From the NCBI GenBank assembly GCA_963790305.1, contig CAWBOC010000008.1:64001-128000 (forward strand): a stretch of 64,000 nucleotides of DNA. Reading direction: 5' to 3'. Shown in pieces: positions 20,096 to 32,059 of the stretch (position 1 is its first letter; every line of letters starts with the position of its first letter). Below the pieces are notes generated by a model. The model saw only the letters and a program-made list of their open reading frames with translations, was not told where the DNA came from and made no database searches. Source of the stretch: an uncultured Gemmatimonadaceae bacterium. GTDB lineage: Bacteria; Gemmatimonadota; Gemmatimonadetes; Gemmatimonadales; Gemmatimonadaceae. A program made the position numbers and the translations under genes.

Positions 20096-20407
20096 ATGCC
20101 TTCAAAACTCGAGACGTTTCGTGCCATGGTGGCGAAGGACCCTGCCAACGCCCTCGCGCACTTCGGGCTCGCCAACGAGGCGATGAAGGAGGGATTCTGG
20201 GAGGAGGCGCGAGAGCATTACGAGCGCTATCTCGCGGGCCACGACGACGAGGGCAACGCCTACGGTCGGCTTGCCGAGGCGTACGAGCGGCTCGGGCGGA
20301 ACGACGAGGCGCGGGCAATGCTGTACAAGGGCATCGACGCGGCGAAGCGGTTCGGGCACCCGGGGATGGCGGAGGAGCTCGAGATGAGGTTGGACGAACT
20401 CGCTTAG
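20096..20407 (+). CDS. TPR-repeat protein
   Basis: Two TPR-like helical repeats. Confidence 0.75.
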   Translation: MPSKLETFRAMVAKDPANALAHFGLANEAMKEGFWEEAREHYERYLAGHDDEGNAYGRLAEAYERLGRNDEARAMLYKGIDAAKRFGHPGMAEELEMRLDELA

Positions 20408-20419
20408 GCACGAGCCGGA

Positions 20420-20525
20420 ACTGCATCACCACAGAGACACAGAGAGGCACGGAGAAACAGCCAACTGCAAAGGCTTTTGCAGTTGGCTGTTCTCCGTGTC
20501 CTCTGTGCCTCTGTGGTGATGCAGT
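20420..20525. repeat. Palindrome between convergent genes
   Basis: ACTGCATCACCACAGAG...CTCTGTGGTGATGCAGT. Confidence 0.88.
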
Positions 20526-20542
20526 CGGGCTCGTTGGGACCA

Positions 20543-21179
20543 TCAACGCCGCTCGAGCAGCGCCAACCGCACCCCCAGCCCAATGAACAAAACGCCAGTC
20601 ACGCGCCTCAACAGGGGCGACTCGCCGAAGCGGCTCCGCGACCAGGCGCCGGCACGGCTCGCCAGTACCGCCACCAGAATGTTGACCAGCGTTCCCGACG
20701 TATTGAACAGCAGCCCTAACGAGAATGATCTGGAGCGCCACGGGACCGCGCTCGGGATCGACGAACTGCGGCAGGAACGCCAGGAAGAAGAGCGCGACCT
20801 TGGGATTGAGCACGTTCGTCAGCATTCCCTGGCCGAACACCGCGCGCATGGAGGCTGGCGTCACCGCCACCTGATCAGCCGGTCCCGCCCGACTTCGCAG
20901 CGCACGGATCCCAAGCCAGATGAGATAGGCGGCGCCGACCCACTTCACGATCTCGAAGGCGATCGGCACGGCGCGCAGCAGACCGGCGAGGCCAAGCGCA
21001 ACCGCCAGCGTGTGCACGAGGCTGCCCGCGGCGATGCCGAGCGAGGAGATGACGCCGGCCGCACGCCCCTCGCCGACGCTGCGCGCGACGACGTAGAGCA
21101 TGTCGGGACCGGGCGTGACGTTGAGGGCGAGCGCCGCCGTCATGAACAGCAGCAGGGTATTCGTGTCCGGAAGGCTCAT
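20543..21179 (-). CDS. LysE/RhtB family exporter; frameshift near 20720
   Basis: TPGPDM, GAAYLIWLG, LNPKVALFFLAFLPQF. Confidence 0.88.
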
Positions 21180-21186
21180 GCGCCGC

Positions 21187-22570
21187 TCACTCCGAGATGA
21201 CCTTCACGTCGCCGAGGTCGCTTTCGCGCACCGCCGAGTCGTGGCCGAGCACCGTGCGCACGAAGTCGTTCCACCACAACGCCTGCGGCTCGCGATCGCG
21301 ATAGCGATCGAGCTCGGCCCAGGTGCGCTCGTGGATCGCCTTCGTCCGCTCGATCGCATCCGACGGCTCGATCCCTTCGCGCCGCACCCAGCGACGCCCG
21401 ATGTGCGCGTGAAGCACCTCGTCAGCCCAATCGTAATCGTGAAAGTGCGCCGACAGCGCGTCGCCTGACGACTCCGCCGTCTCTTTCTCGAACCGCTTGC
21501 CCGTGTCGGCGGGCATGAGGCTCTGCTCGATACCGTAGAGCATCGTCTGTCGCTCGAGCGGCGTGGCGTGGAGGTTGAGCCGCAGCGCGAAGCTGACGTT
21601 GAGGGGGATGCGCGACCAGTCGATGCCGCGCGCCTCGAACGCGACCGTCCCCATCATCGCGTGACGCGCCTCGTCCCACAGCTGGCGTGAGTAGTCGACG
21701 TAGAACTCCCACGGCTGGTCGGCTCGCTCGACGACGAAGGACGCCATCATCTCCGGCACGTCCATCTCCGAGTGTCCGCTTGCAGAGGAGCGCGAGGTTG
21801 CGCTCATCGGCGGGCACGCCCGGCATGTTGTAGACGAGATGCGGTGGGAAGTTGAAGTTGTACTGCCCGCGGAAACGACCATCGCGCCGTGGATGCATGT
21901 CCGGTGTGAATGGCTCTCGACTACGCGCAGGGGGAAGCGAGGTGCTCGTCGCATCGGTCGCGTCGCCGGCGATGCCGCCAGCCGCATCGAGAAACGCGCG
22001 CAGGTGACTCATCCACGTCTCGGCACGACGACGGGCCTCGGCGTCGCGAGCGCACGCGTCGAGCGCGTGCGCGCCCCAGGCGATCATCTCACCCTCGTCG
22101 GACAGCGCCTGCTTCAGAAGACGAACCGTCGGATGATCGACCAGCGGATTGGTCCGGTCGATGTGCGTGCGGTAGGCAGTCGCCAACGCCGGGTGAGCGA
22201 CGCCGTAGAGTCCCGCGAGCAGCTCGACCGTGTCGCGGGCACGGAGCAGCTCCTCGAGAAATGCATCGAGTGCCGCATCCGGTGCCGCATCCAGACGCGG
22301 TGCGGGATTGCGCATCTCGGTGATGCGCGCCCGAAAGGCGTTGGCATGGCCGACGTCGAGCCACTGATGGAGTGCGAGGCCGCACTTCACCTCCCACTCG
22401 GGCGCGGCGGGGAGGTGTGACACCGCGATCAGCATCAGACGTCGCTCGGCCCAGTGATAGCGAACGAGGCGCCTGACATTCTCCTCGACCGGAAAGCCGA
22501 CGCGCGCCGCGCCAGCGTACGACGCGATGCCGGCCAGCGGGGGGATACCTAACGACGGGATGGCGCTCAC
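21187..22570 (-). CDS. Ferritin-like di-metal carboxylate protein; frameshift near 21775
   Basis: WDEARHA and WADEVLHA ExxH motifs; helical N-terminal half in a second frame. Confidence 0.65.
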
Positions 22571-22583
22571 GGGACCTCCGGAC

Positions 22584-23303
22584 TCAGGGGTCGAACACCG
22601 ACCCCACGATGCGAAATGCCGGGAGCACGACGGCGTCCCAGTCGATATCGAGGATCTGTGTCGAGCGCTCGACGGTGGCGTCGGCCAGTATCGCGCTGCG
22701 CCCGGTCGTGCAGGTGAAGTCATCGGTGTCGGCGACCCCGGGGCACGCACCGCCGAACGCGCTGCCGCTCACGCTGGCGGTCGCCGTCGTCGCCACGTAC
22801 GGGTCCGGGACAGGCGCACCGGTCGAGAAGTCGATCCATCTGCCTTCGCTGGTACCGCTGGTGCCCGGAAGGTCTCCGTCCTCGACCCCTCCCGAGAAGA
22901 GCAACACGAGGACACGCTGAGCGCGGAGCTGGACGACATCGAGTCCTTCCCAGGCGAGCAGGAGATGGATGCGCGCCGGCCCTTCGTCCACTCGCAGGGT
23001 CATGCCGCGCATGTCGAGGTTGGCGACTGATCCGCCGCGAGGCTGTACGCGCACCGTCATGCGGCCCTGTTGGCCTTGGCGAGATACCAGCCCGCCGCCG
23101 ATCCGAATCCAGTCGGCGAGGAGCTGGTCGGCGGGACGGCGTGTACTGTCGAGCGCTCGCGCCGCCTTCTCGAGCGCCGATCCGATTGCGACCTGCTCCT
23201 CCACCGTCATGCGCTCCCCGGCGGTGATGCCGGTAGGGTCATCCTCGCCGCAGGCGACCCCAAGGAGAAGGAGGGTGAGCGCGAAGAGCGATCGGACAGT
23301 CAT
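22584..23303 (-). CDS. Hypothetical lipoprotein
   Basis: MTVRSLFALTLLLLGVAC lipobox. Confidence 0.65.
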   Translation of the reverse strand: MTVRSLFALTLLLLGVACGEDDPTGITAGERMTVEEQVAIGSALEKAARALDSTRRPADQLLADWIRIGGGLVSRQGQQGRMTVRVQPRGGSVANLDMRGMTLRVDEGPARIHLLLAWEGLDVVQLRAQRVLVLLFSGGVEDGDLPGTSGTSEGRWIDFSTGAPVPDPYVATTATASVSGSAFGGACPGVADTDDFTCTTGRSAILADATVERSTQILDIDWDAVVLPAFRIVGSVFDP

Positions 23304-23432
23304 GTGGCGTCCTGAGATGTGAAACGCATGGGCGGGCAGGAATATCCGCCCCCACGCCAGGCGGGACAACCTGGCCCGCCGGATGCATACTGGGTGGCCA
23401 CCAGGTTTGCTGGCCAACGATCGGAGGATGAC

Positions 23433-23893
23433 ATGCGCGTGACCACCGTGCTGTGCGCGATGGGATTGATCGGTTGTGCCTCACTCGGCGGCGGTACCGG
23501 TCGGGAGTCGGTCTCCCAGACCGTGGACGTTCCGGTCGATACCGCCGTGCGGATCGCGAGAACCCAGTTGGAGCTGCACAACTACAAGGTGGGAGCGACG
23601 GGTGGCAGCACGCTCATCACCGAGCCCCGAGCGGTTCCGGGCGAGGTGCGCGACGCGGCTGCCCGCCGGGAGGCCGAATACTGGGTGGTGAGGGTCGAAG
23701 TCGGGAGCAAGACGCTTGGCGGAACCGAGATCAAGGTTCGCGGGTTCCGACTTCCAGATGGACGTCCGACGACGCCGGGGGCTCAGGTGACGATGGTTCC
23801 GGTGACGGACGACGACCAGCGACTCTTCAACGAGCTCCAGGCGATCGCGGGCTGGATTGGGGACGCTGCCCGGCGGAAGGCGGGGGGAGCTAG
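23433..23893 (+). CDS. Hypothetical lipoprotein; 3' end uncertain
   Basis: MRVTTVLCAMGLIGC lipobox, RBS GGAGG; frame is open to 24176. Confidence 0.55.
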
Positions 23894-25073
23894 CCGCCTC
23901 GGCGGGACGAAGCGCGCCAAGCGTGTAGCGACTGCCCGGGTTCCACAGCATCCAGTCGTACACGCCATTGTCGTATCCGGCCTGCATTTGCGCGCGCACA
24001 TGCTCGGCGCCGTATCGCGGGGCGCCGAGCGTGAAATCCTGGTACCACGGGATGATCCGGGCGGCGTTGGCGACGCCCGCGCTCCGTCGCTTCGCGTCAC
24101 GCAGGGCGCGGTCGATGACCTTGTAGGGCGCGGCGTTCGGCCGCTGAAGTCCGTAGTTGCCGGGGGAGTAGTGTGACGGGTACGTCATCGGCAGCACGGC
24201 GTCCACGGCATCGATGAACTTCTCCCAGAGCTGACCAATGCCCATGTCCGTCGAGTCCGACGTGGTGAGACCGAACACGTCCGCGGTGACGGGAACGCCA
24301 TACGGCCTCAGGGATCCGCGCAGGAACCGGAGCTGATCGCGAATGACCGACGCGCGGTCGCGACCGCGCGCGAGGGGAAAGGTCGCCTCGGCCACGAGGC
24401 GCTTCTCGTCGGGAAAGCGCACGTAGTCGTACTGCACTTCGCTGAAGCCCAGATCGATCGCTTCACAGGCGAGGTCGACCGCGTACTGCCACGGGCCCCG
24501 GTGGTGTGGATCGAGCCACGGATTTCTGTTCTTGTCGAGCCATGGCTCTCCGTCGGCGGCGCGCTTGATCGACCAGTCGGGCCGCTTGCGCGCAAGCACC
24601 GGATCCTTCACGACGACGATACGCGCAATGGGATAGATGCCGTGCGCGCGCATGGTGTCGAGCACGGCGCGCATGCGCTCGGCGCGCATCGGCGCGACGG
24701 TGTCGGCACCGATCTCTCGAGCGAGCGGTACACGCGATCGATAGAGCACGTAGCCGCGATCATCCTTGACATCAATGACGAGAGCGTTGACCTCGGTGCG
24801 CTTCGCCACGTCGATGAGCTCCCACATCCTCTGGCCGACCGCGGCCCATCGAAGCACGTAGAGTCCGCGCAACGGCGAAGGCGTAGGAACGAGTGGCGCT
24901 GGCGGGATGAGAATGGAGTCGGCTGTCAGGGCGGCCGACGGGCGTGCCGCGCACGCCGCGGGTGAGTAGTCAGGCTCAGGTGCGCGAGCAGTCGTCGCGC
25001 GCACGGTGTCCTGCGCGAGCAACGCGGGCTGGATTGCGGCGAGCGCGATCATCGCGACCAGAGATCTCGGCAT
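23890..25073 (-). CDS. Putative secreted glycoside hydrolase (DUF4015-like); 3' end uncertain
   Basis: NALVIDVKDDRG, EVQYDYVRFP, PMTYPSHY, PWYQDF, WMLWNP. Confidence 0.75.
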
Positions 25074-25149
25074 GGCGCGCAATCTAAGCTGGGGATGGAA
25101 GACACAATCTCTCGACGATTCCTCCCAACCCTGATAACCCGGCGGGCCG

Positions 25150-25963
25150 CTACGGGACGTCCTCGTGAGATCGCACCGCGGCTGATGATCCCGGGAGAAG
25201 CAGGCTATCAACGGGCACGCTCGCGGAGCGTGCCCGAGCGCGTCGTATCAGGCGCGCGAGGAAAGGACGATCGACGCGCGTGGTGTCGTAGCCGGCACTA
25301 CTGAGCACCATCAGAGCGCGCGCTGCGGTGGGTCGATCCCGGCGATAGAAATCGCAATGGACGTACAGCCGCGCGTCGTTGATCTCGACCGTGACATAGA
25401 CGACCGCAATCGGCACGGGCTCGAGGAGCTGCACGGTGGTCGTCAGCGAGGAGTCCGCTTCGATGACGTCGAGCGTGTCCTCTGACAGCTCTCCGCCGGC
25501 GAGGCGATTCACCACTCGAGCAAGCGCAAGCGCGTCGGCGTCATGCATGCGCACACAGCCGTGCGAGGCGGCCTTGCCGATCGAGCTCTCGAGAGGTGTC
25601 CCGTGGAGAAAGTACAAGCTGCCGAACTGGAGCTTCACCGGCCCCATTGGATTGGCGGTTCCGGGTGGGTGAACCTTGTCCTTCCGCGCCCAGTCACTCG
25701 CCGGTGGATACCACCAGGGGTTCCAGGTGATGTGCGTGAGGGTGAACTCTCCCGCGGGCGTCGCATACCGCGGCTCGCCAACGGCGACCGGATACGAGGC
25801 GGTGACCACTTCCCGCCTGCAGGAGATCAAGCCGAAACGCGGGAATGTTGAGGCGCAGCGTGAGGTCGGCCTGACGAGCCGAACCGGCGATCAAGTCGCC
25901 GCCGCAGAGCGCGACGCCCGCGACGAGTAGCGAGAACATTTTCTTCCACCGCGTGCTCCGCAC
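25150..25963 (-). CDS. L,D-transpeptidase (YkuD family); frameshift near 25830
   Basis: LRLNIPAFRL, YPVAVG, NPWWYPP, HGT...SHGCVRM. Confidence 0.88.
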
Positions 25964-26038
25964 AACGCCTCCCTCGCCGATTCAGGGAAAGTGCCCGGGC
26001 GACGGCTGACTCGCAGTCAGCACTTCCGCGAGATCTGG

Positions 26039-26053
26039 TCGGTGAATCCCTGA
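26039..26053. promoter_or_regulatory. Putative regulon box TCGGTG-AAT-CCCTGA
   Basis: Matches TCAGGG-N3-CCCTGA in the divergent LDT/PRTase intergenic region. Confidence 0.55.
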
Positions 26054-26142
26054 TGCGGTGTTTTCCCGACAGGGCATCGGGACGCCGCCGACAGACGCGC
26101 GAGCCCAGTGGCCGCACCATAAGGGTTTCTCGGGGAGTGTGG

Positions 26143-26817
26143 ATGAGATATCGCGATCGCAGGGATGCCGGCAGACGCCTGGCGCTCGTTCTCGGCGCCT
26201 TCGAGGAACGTCTGGACGTCACGGTCCTCGGGTTGCCGCGCGGCGGAGTCCCGGTCGCCTACGAGGTAGCGCGCGCGCTGCACGTGGAGCTCGACATCGT
26301 CGCCGTTCGCAAGCTCGGGCTTCCGGGCCAGCCGGAATTCGCGATGGGCGCGATCGCGCTGGGTGGTATCGTGGTCCTCGACGAGGATCTCATCGCGATG
26401 ATGGGCGTCCCGCCGGCTGCGCTCGAGCGAGTGATCACGGTAGAGCGGGCCGAGGTCGCGCGCCGCGAGCGCTTGTACCGCGGATCCCGTCCACCGCTCG
26501 ACGTGCGGGGCCGCACTCTCATCCTCGTCGATGACGGTCTGGCGACAGGGGCGAGCGTGCAGGCTGCCGTCACCGCGCTCCGCCGTGGAAAGCCCGCGTC
26601 GATCGTGGTGGCCTCCCCCGTCGGCTCGAGGCAAGCCTGTCACGCGATCGCGGACTGTACCGACGGATGTCTGTGCCCCGAGATGCCGGAGCCGTTCTAC
26701 AGCGTCGGGTTGTGGTACGAGGACTTCAGCGACACGAGCGATGCCGGCGTGAAGGAGCTCCTCGCGCAGGCATGGGCGAATGGGAAAAGGCCCCACGCGC
26801 GAGCGGGTCATACCTGA
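26143..26817 (+). CDS. Phosphoribosyltransferase-family protein (Rv0571c/Rv2030c-like)
   Basis: YRDRRDAGRRLA, LPRGGVPVA, LVDDGLATG. Confidence 0.88.
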   Translation: MRYRDRRDAGRRLALVLGAFEERLDVTVLGLPRGGVPVAYEVARALHVELDIVAVRKLGLPGQPEFAMGAIALGGIVVLDEDLIAMMGVPPAALERVITVERAEVARRERLYRGSRPPLDVRGRTLILVDDGLATGASVQAAVTALRRGKPASIVVASPVGSRQACHAIADCTDGCLCPEMPEPFYSVGLWYEDFSDTSDAGVKELLAQAWANGKRPHARAGHT

Positions 26818-26893
26818 CAGACGAGGGCGCGAGTCCATCGCAGGTTGCCGCGAGGTTCTGAACTACTGCTCGAGCCCTGACCATGGAGGAGGC

Positions 26894-27325
26894 ATGCTCG
26901 CGTTCACGGAGCTGCATGAAGTCCAGCGCCGGTTGCAAAGCCGGAAGGTGCTCTCGGTGTTCGTCGACACCTCCGGCCCGGCGGACGGCCCGTCGTGGCG
27001 AGCAAAGCTCGACCGCGCCTTGGCCCGCCTGGACGGGAGCCCACCGCAGTTGCCGAGTGGAGAGCGCACCGCGCGCGAGCTGTGCGTGGCGCACCTTCGG
27101 ACGGCCCTCGAAAATCTTCGGGGCACTCCCGGAGAGCCGGGATGGGTGGCCTACGTGACGACGGACGACGTCGTCGCTGCCTGGCCGCTCTACACTCCTG
27201 TCGAGACCGCCGTGTTCTGGCGGACCGGAATCGTGACGGCGCAGCCGCCGTCGCAGCGACGCTTCGCCCTGCAGCGGTCGACGGTGGCACGCCCGCTCAT
27301 GCGGAATCACGCCTCGCCAGCCTGA
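26894..27325 (+). CDS. Hypothetical protein, possibly related to the N-terminus of eRF1-like (baeRF) proteins
   Basis: RBS GGAGGAGG; VLSVFVD motif; family assignment weak. Confidence 0.5.
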   Translation: MLAFTELHEVQRRLQSRKVLSVFVDTSGPADGPSWRAKLDRALARLDGSPPQLPSGERTARELCVAHLRTALENLRGTPGEPGWVAYVTTDDVVAAWPLYTPVETAVFWRTGIVTAQPPSQRRFALQRSTVARPLMRNHASPA

Positions 27326-27398
27326 GCACCTCCCATTGCGCTCTCGTTCGGGACCGAGGCGGTAGCTAGCTTCGGTAGCGGACCGAGGGCGCAACGGC

Positions 27399-30107
27399 AT
27401 GCCGCTTCAGGGGGATCACCACATAGCGTGGCACTCGCGCATGGCCAGCGCGGTGCTCGCCGAGCTCGAGTCGAGCCGGGACGGCCTGTCGGCGCAGGAG
27501 GCCGCCGCCCGGCTTCAGCGGTATGGAGCCAACCGGCTCGAGGTCACGCCGCCGGCGTCCGCGTGGTCGATCCTCGTCGCCCAGTTCCGAAGCGTGGTCG
27601 TGCTGCTGCTCGTCGTCGCGGCCGGCCTCGCTCTGGCGTTAGGCGACCCCGCCAATGCCATGGCCATCGCCGCCGTGCTGTTGATCAACGCGGCGCTCGG
27701 CTTCATCACCGAATTCCGGGCGCGTCGCGCAATGGACGCGCTGCGAGGCCTCGAGGTGCCTCGCGCCATCGTCGTACGCGAAGGGACGACACTCGAGATC
27801 AGCGCGCGCGACCTCGTGCCCGGTGACATCATCTCGCTCGAGAGTGGCCAGTCTGTTCCCGCCGACGCACGGTTGATCGACGCGATCAATGTCCGCGTCA
27901 CCGAGGCCCCACTCACCGGCGAATCGCTTCCGGTGGAGAAGCGCGCTGACGTCGCCCTCGCGGACGACACGGTACTCGCCGAGCGCATCAACATGGTCTA
28001 CCAGGCGACGGCGCTGGTCTCGGGATCGGCGCACGCCGTCGTCGCTGCGACGGCCGGCAATACCGAGGTCGGCCGCATCGGCGGCCTCACGAGCTCGCTC
28101 AAAGATGAGCGGACGCCCCTGGAGCATCGGCTCGATGGGCTCGGTCGTCGACTCGTCGTGGTCGCCCTCGTCGTGGCGGCGATCGTCGCGTTGCTCGGTC
28201 TTTGGCGCGGCATACCGTGGGGCCTGGTGGTGCAAACGGCTGTCGCGCTCGCGATCGCGGCGGTGCCGGAAGGATTGCCCGCCGTCACCACGATCACGCT
28301 CGCGGTCGGGGTGTCGCGCATGGCGCGGCGACAGGCGCTCATCCGCCGGCTGCCGGCCGTGGAGACGCTCGGGTCCGCAACCGTCGTCTGCACCGACAAG
28401 ACCGGGACGCTAACCGCGGGTGAGATGGCGGTGAGCGTCATCGTCGTGGATGGTCGCGAGATCGCGGTGACCGGTACGACCTACGAGCCAACGGGAGAGT
28501 TTCGTGACGGCGATCGAACGATCGGCGCGAGCGAGAACCCGGTTCTGCATGAAGCGCTTCGCATTGGTACGCTGGCGAATCGTGCCGAGCTCGTGCACGA
28601 CGAGGATCAATGGTACCCCGTGGGTGACCCAACCGAGGTCGCGTTGCTCGTGGCAGCAAGAAAGGCGGGGCTCGATCGCGACCGATTGCTCGAAGAGCTT
28701 CCGGAGGTCGCGGCGGTGCCATTCTCGAGCGAGCGACAGTGGATGGCGACGTTCCATCGCGCACGGGATGGCGGGTCGATCGTCTGCGTGAAGGGCGCCC
28801 CCGGGCGCATCATCGAGCGCAGTACACGCGAGCTCACTGCGTCCGGCGAGCGTGCACTGGACGCAGCGGGCCGACAGCGGCTGCTCGATCGCAACCGGGC
28901 CTTGGCCGCGCGCGGCTTGCGCGTCCTCGCGACGGCGCGGGGCACCGCGCGTGACGCGAATGACGACGCAGTCCGTGAGCTCACGTTCGTCGGGCTGGCC
29001 GGCATCTCCGATCCACCGGCGGCGGGTGTGGCTGAAACGATCCAGTCGTTCCGCGAAGCGGGCGTGCGCACGGTGATGATCACCGGCGACCAGCGACTCA
29101 CCGCCGTCGCCGTGGCGCAGCAGCTCGGGCTGGCCGAATCGGACGCAGGCGCGCTCGATGGCAAAGAGCTGGCGACCCTCGACAAGGCCACGCTCACGGC
29201 GAGACTGGAGCACACCGGAGTCTTCAATCGAGTGAGCCCGTCGGACAAGCTGCGCATCGTCGAGGCTCTCCAGGATCGCGGCGACATCGTGGCCATGCTC
29301 GGCGACGGTGTGAACGACGCCGCCGCGCTCAAGAAGGCGGACATCGGTGTCGCCATGGGACGCCGTGGGACCGACATCGCCAAGGAGGCGGCGGACGTCG
29401 TCCTGGCTGACGATCGCTTCTCGACGGTGGCCGCGGCAATCGAAGAAGGGCGGGTCATCTTCGACAACATCCGCAAGTTCGTCTTTTACCTGTTCTCCTG
29501 TAACCTCGCCGAAGTCATCGTTCTGCTCGCGGCAGGCCTAACGGGGCTTCCCCTCCCGCTCCTCCCCCTCCAGATCCTCTGGCTCAACATTGTGACCGAC
29601 ACCTTCCCCGCGCTGGCGCTGGCGATGGAGCCACGCGAAGGCGACGTCATGAGACGACCTCCCCGCGATCCCGATGAGGCGATTCTCTCGCGGCCGTTTC
29701 TTGGTCAGATCGGACTGTACGCCGCATTGATCGCGGCGGCGACGCTCGGAGCGTTCGTCATCGCGCTCGACCGTGGGCCGCAGGAGCGCGCGATAACCAT
29801 CGCGTTCGTGACGCTCGCGCTCGCCCAGGGATTCCACCTTGGCACGGCGCGCAGCGATGGCCCGGTGCTGTCGTGGGACCGCATTCGCGGGAATCCGTGG
29901 GCGTTAGGCGCGCTGGGGCTGGTCATCGCGCTCCAGCTCGCCGCGGTGTACATCCCTGTCCTCGCGTCTGTGCTTCGCACAGTGCCGTTGACGAGGGCCG
30001 ACTGGGCACTCGTGCTCCCGGCCGCGCTCATACCGGCGGTCGTCGGGCAGCTCTTGCGGCTACTTCGTACGAAGGCGCCGTCGCCGTTACTGACTACCGA
30101 TACCTGA
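27399..30107 (+). CDS. Type IIA cation-transporting P-type ATPase, CtpF-like
   Basis: TGES, PEGLP, DKTGTLT, KGAP, GDGVND. Confidence 0.95.
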   Translation: MPLQGDHHIAWHSRMASAVLAELESSRDGLSAQEAAARLQRYGANRLEVTPPASAWSILVAQFRSVVVLLLVVAAGLALALGDPANAMAIAAVLLINAALGFITEFRARRAMDALRGLEVPRAIVVREGTTLEISARDLVPGDIISLESGQSVPADARLIDAINVRVTEAPLTGESLPVEKRADVALADDTVLAERINMVYQATALVSGSAHAVVAATAGNTEVGRIGGLTSSLKDERTPLEHRLDGLGRRLVVVALVVAAIVALLGLWRGIPWGLVVQTAVALAIAAVPEGLPAVTTITLAVGVSRMARRQALIRRLPAVETLGSATVVCTDKTGTLTAGEMAVSVIVVDGREIAVTGTTYEPTGEFRDGDRTIGASENPVLHEALRIGTLANRAELVHDEDQWYPVGDPTEVALLVAARKAGLDRDRLLEELPEVAAVPFSSERQWMATFHRARDGGSIVCVKGAPGRIIERSTRELTASGERALDAAGRQRLLDRNRALAARGLRVLATARGTARDANDDAVRELTFVGLAGISDPPAAGVAETIQSFREAGVRTVMITGDQRLTAVAVAQQLGLAESDAGALDGKELATLDKATLTARLEHTGVFNRVSPSDKLRIVEALQDRGDIVAMLGDGVNDAAALKKADIGVAMGRRGTDIAKEAADVVLADDRFSTVAAAIEEGRVIFDNIRKFVFYLFSCNLAEVIVLLAAGLTGLPLPLLPLQILWLNIVTDTFPALALAMEPREGDVMRRPPRDPDEAILSRPFLGQIGLYAALIAAATLGAFVIALDRGPQERAITIAFVTLALAQGFHLGTARSDGPVLSWDRIRGNPWALGALGLVIALQLAAVYIPVLASVLRTVPLTRADWALVLPAALIPAVVGQLLRLLRTKAPSPLLTTDT

Positions 30108-30179
30108 AGTCACAAACCTGACGTCTGCAGAAGTTGATCTCTTTACCCTACATTACCGGCACCACTTCTCTCCAAGCCC

Positions 30180-31919
30180 GTGCTCGTCCCCAAGCTCGTC
30201 ACGACGCTCCGCGCGTACGACCGCACCCAGTTCTCTGCTGATCTGACCGCCGGCGTCATCGTCGGCATTGTCGCGCTCCCCCTCGCGATCGCGTTCGCCA
30301 TCGCCAGCGGCGTCACGCCCGAGCGCGGACTGTATACCGCCATCGTCGCCGGCTTCATCATCTCGGCGTTAGGTGGCTCGCGCGTCCAGATCGGCGGGCC
30401 AACCGGTGCGTTCATCGTCATCGTCTACGGCATCGTTCAGCAGTACGGCTATGGCGGACTCGCCATCGCGACGATCATGGCCGGACTGATGTTGATCGTG
30501 CTGGGCGTGGCGCGGCTGGGAACGGCCATCAAGTTCATTCCCTACCCGGTCATCACCGGATTCACGAGCGCGATCGCGCTCATCATCTTCTCCAGCCAGG
30601 TGAAGGATTTTCTCGGGCTTCGTATGGGCGACGTGCCCGCGGAGTTCGTCGACAAGTGGCGCGCCTTCGCTGAGGCGATCGCAACGGTCAATCCGTGGGC
30701 GCTCGTGCTCAGCAGCTTGGCGCTCGCGATCATCCTCCTCTGGCCCAAGGTCACGCAGCGCATCCCGGGTGCGTTCGTCGCCCTGATCGTCACGACCGTG
30801 TTGGCGCATCTTTTCAACCTGCCGGTGGAGACGATCGGGAGCCGGTTCGGCCAGATCCCCTCGGGGCTGCCCGTGCCGTCGATCCCCGACATGAATCCGG
30901 CGCAGATTGCGAGCCTCGTGGGCCCGGCGTTCACGATCGCGCTGCTGGCCGCGATCGAGTCACTGCTGTCCGCGGTCGTCGCGGATGGCATGATCGGCGG
31001 CCGGCATCGCTCGAACATGGAGCTGGTGGCGCAGGGGGTCGCGAACATCGCGTCGCCGCTGTTCGGGGGAATTCCGGCGACGGGCGCCATCGCGCGCACC
31101 GCGACCAACGTCAAGAACGGCGGACGGACACCGGTCGCCGGGATCGTGCACGCGATCACGCTGCTGCTCATCACGCTTTTCTTCGCCCGGTGGGCCGCGC
31201 TCATTCCCATGGCGGCGCTCGCGGCGATTCTCGTCGTCGTGGCGTATCACATGAGCGAGTGGCGGACCTTCCGCGCCGAGCTCCGCTCGCCGAAGAGCGA
31301 CGTGGCCGTTTTGCTCACGACGTTCTTCCTCACTGTGCTCGTCGACCTGACGGTGGCCATCGAGGTCGGCATCGTGCTCGCCGCCCTCCTGTTCATGCGC
31401 CGCATGGCCGAGGTGACGAACGTCAGCGTGATCACGCAAGAGCTCGACGACGAGGGAGATCTCTACTCGACCGATGCGAACGCGGTGCGCCGGCGCGCGA
31501 TTCCGAAGGGGGTCGAGGTCTACGAGATCAACGGTCCCTTCTTCTTCGGTGCGGCCGAGCAGTTCAAGGACACGCTCGGGCGTGTCGCGCGGAAGCCGAA
31601 GGTGCTGATCATCCGCATGCGCAACGTGCCGGCGATCGACTCCACAGGCATTCGCGCGCTCGCCGACGTCACCCGACGCACGCGGAAGGAGGGCACCCTC
31701 GTGCTGCTCTCGGACGTCCACGCGCAGCCGCTCGTCGCACTCGGCCGCTCGGATCTGCTCGACGAGATCGGCGACGACAACATCTTCGGCAACCTGGATG
31801 ACGCGCTCAATCGCGCGCGCGCGGAGGTGGGGGAGGCGCCGCTGCCGCCGCCGCCGGGCACGACACCGACGGTGAGGCGCGAGACACCGATCGGCGGGGT
31901 GCCTCAGGCGAACGAGTGA
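30180..31919 (+). CDS. sulP: SulP family anion permease with STAS domain
   Basis: [29 protein letters not shown]. Confidence 0.93.
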   Translation: MLVPKLVTTLRAYDRTQFSADLTAGVIVGIVALPLAIAFAIASGVTPERGLYTAIVAGFIISALGGSRVQIGGPTGAFIVIVYGIVQQYGYGGLAIATIMAGLMLIVLGVARLGTAIKFIPYPVITGFTSAIALIIFSSQVKDFLGLRMGDVPAEFVDKWRAFAEAIATVNPWALVLSSLALAIILLWPKVTQRIPGAFVALIVTTVLAHLFNLPVETIGSRFGQIPSGLPVPSIPDMNPAQIASLVGPAFTIALLAAIESLLSAVVADGMIGGRHRSNMELVAQGVANIASPLFGGIPATGAIARTATNVKNGGRTPVAGIVHAITLLLITLFFARWAALIPMAALAAILVVVAYHMSEWRTFRAELRSPKSDVAVLLTTFFLTVLVDLTVAIEVGIVLAALLFMRRMAEVTNVSVITQELDDEGDLYSTDANAVRRRAIPKGVEVYEINGPFFFGAAEQFKDTLGRVARKPKVLIIRMRNVPAIDSTGIRALADVTRRTRKEGTLVLLSDVHAQPLVALGRSDLLDEIGDDNIFGNLDDALNRARAEVGEAPLPPPPGTTPTVRRETPIGGVPQANE

Positions 31920-32059
31920 GCGTCGGCCAGCACCTGACACGCAGCCGGTCAGGGGTTTTCTACTCGCGAACCGGCATCGCGCCGACAGACTGTGGCGACC
32001 GTGCCGATGATCTTGCGAGCTGTCCGCGCGATAGTCGCGACGGCACCACGGAGGGCGTG

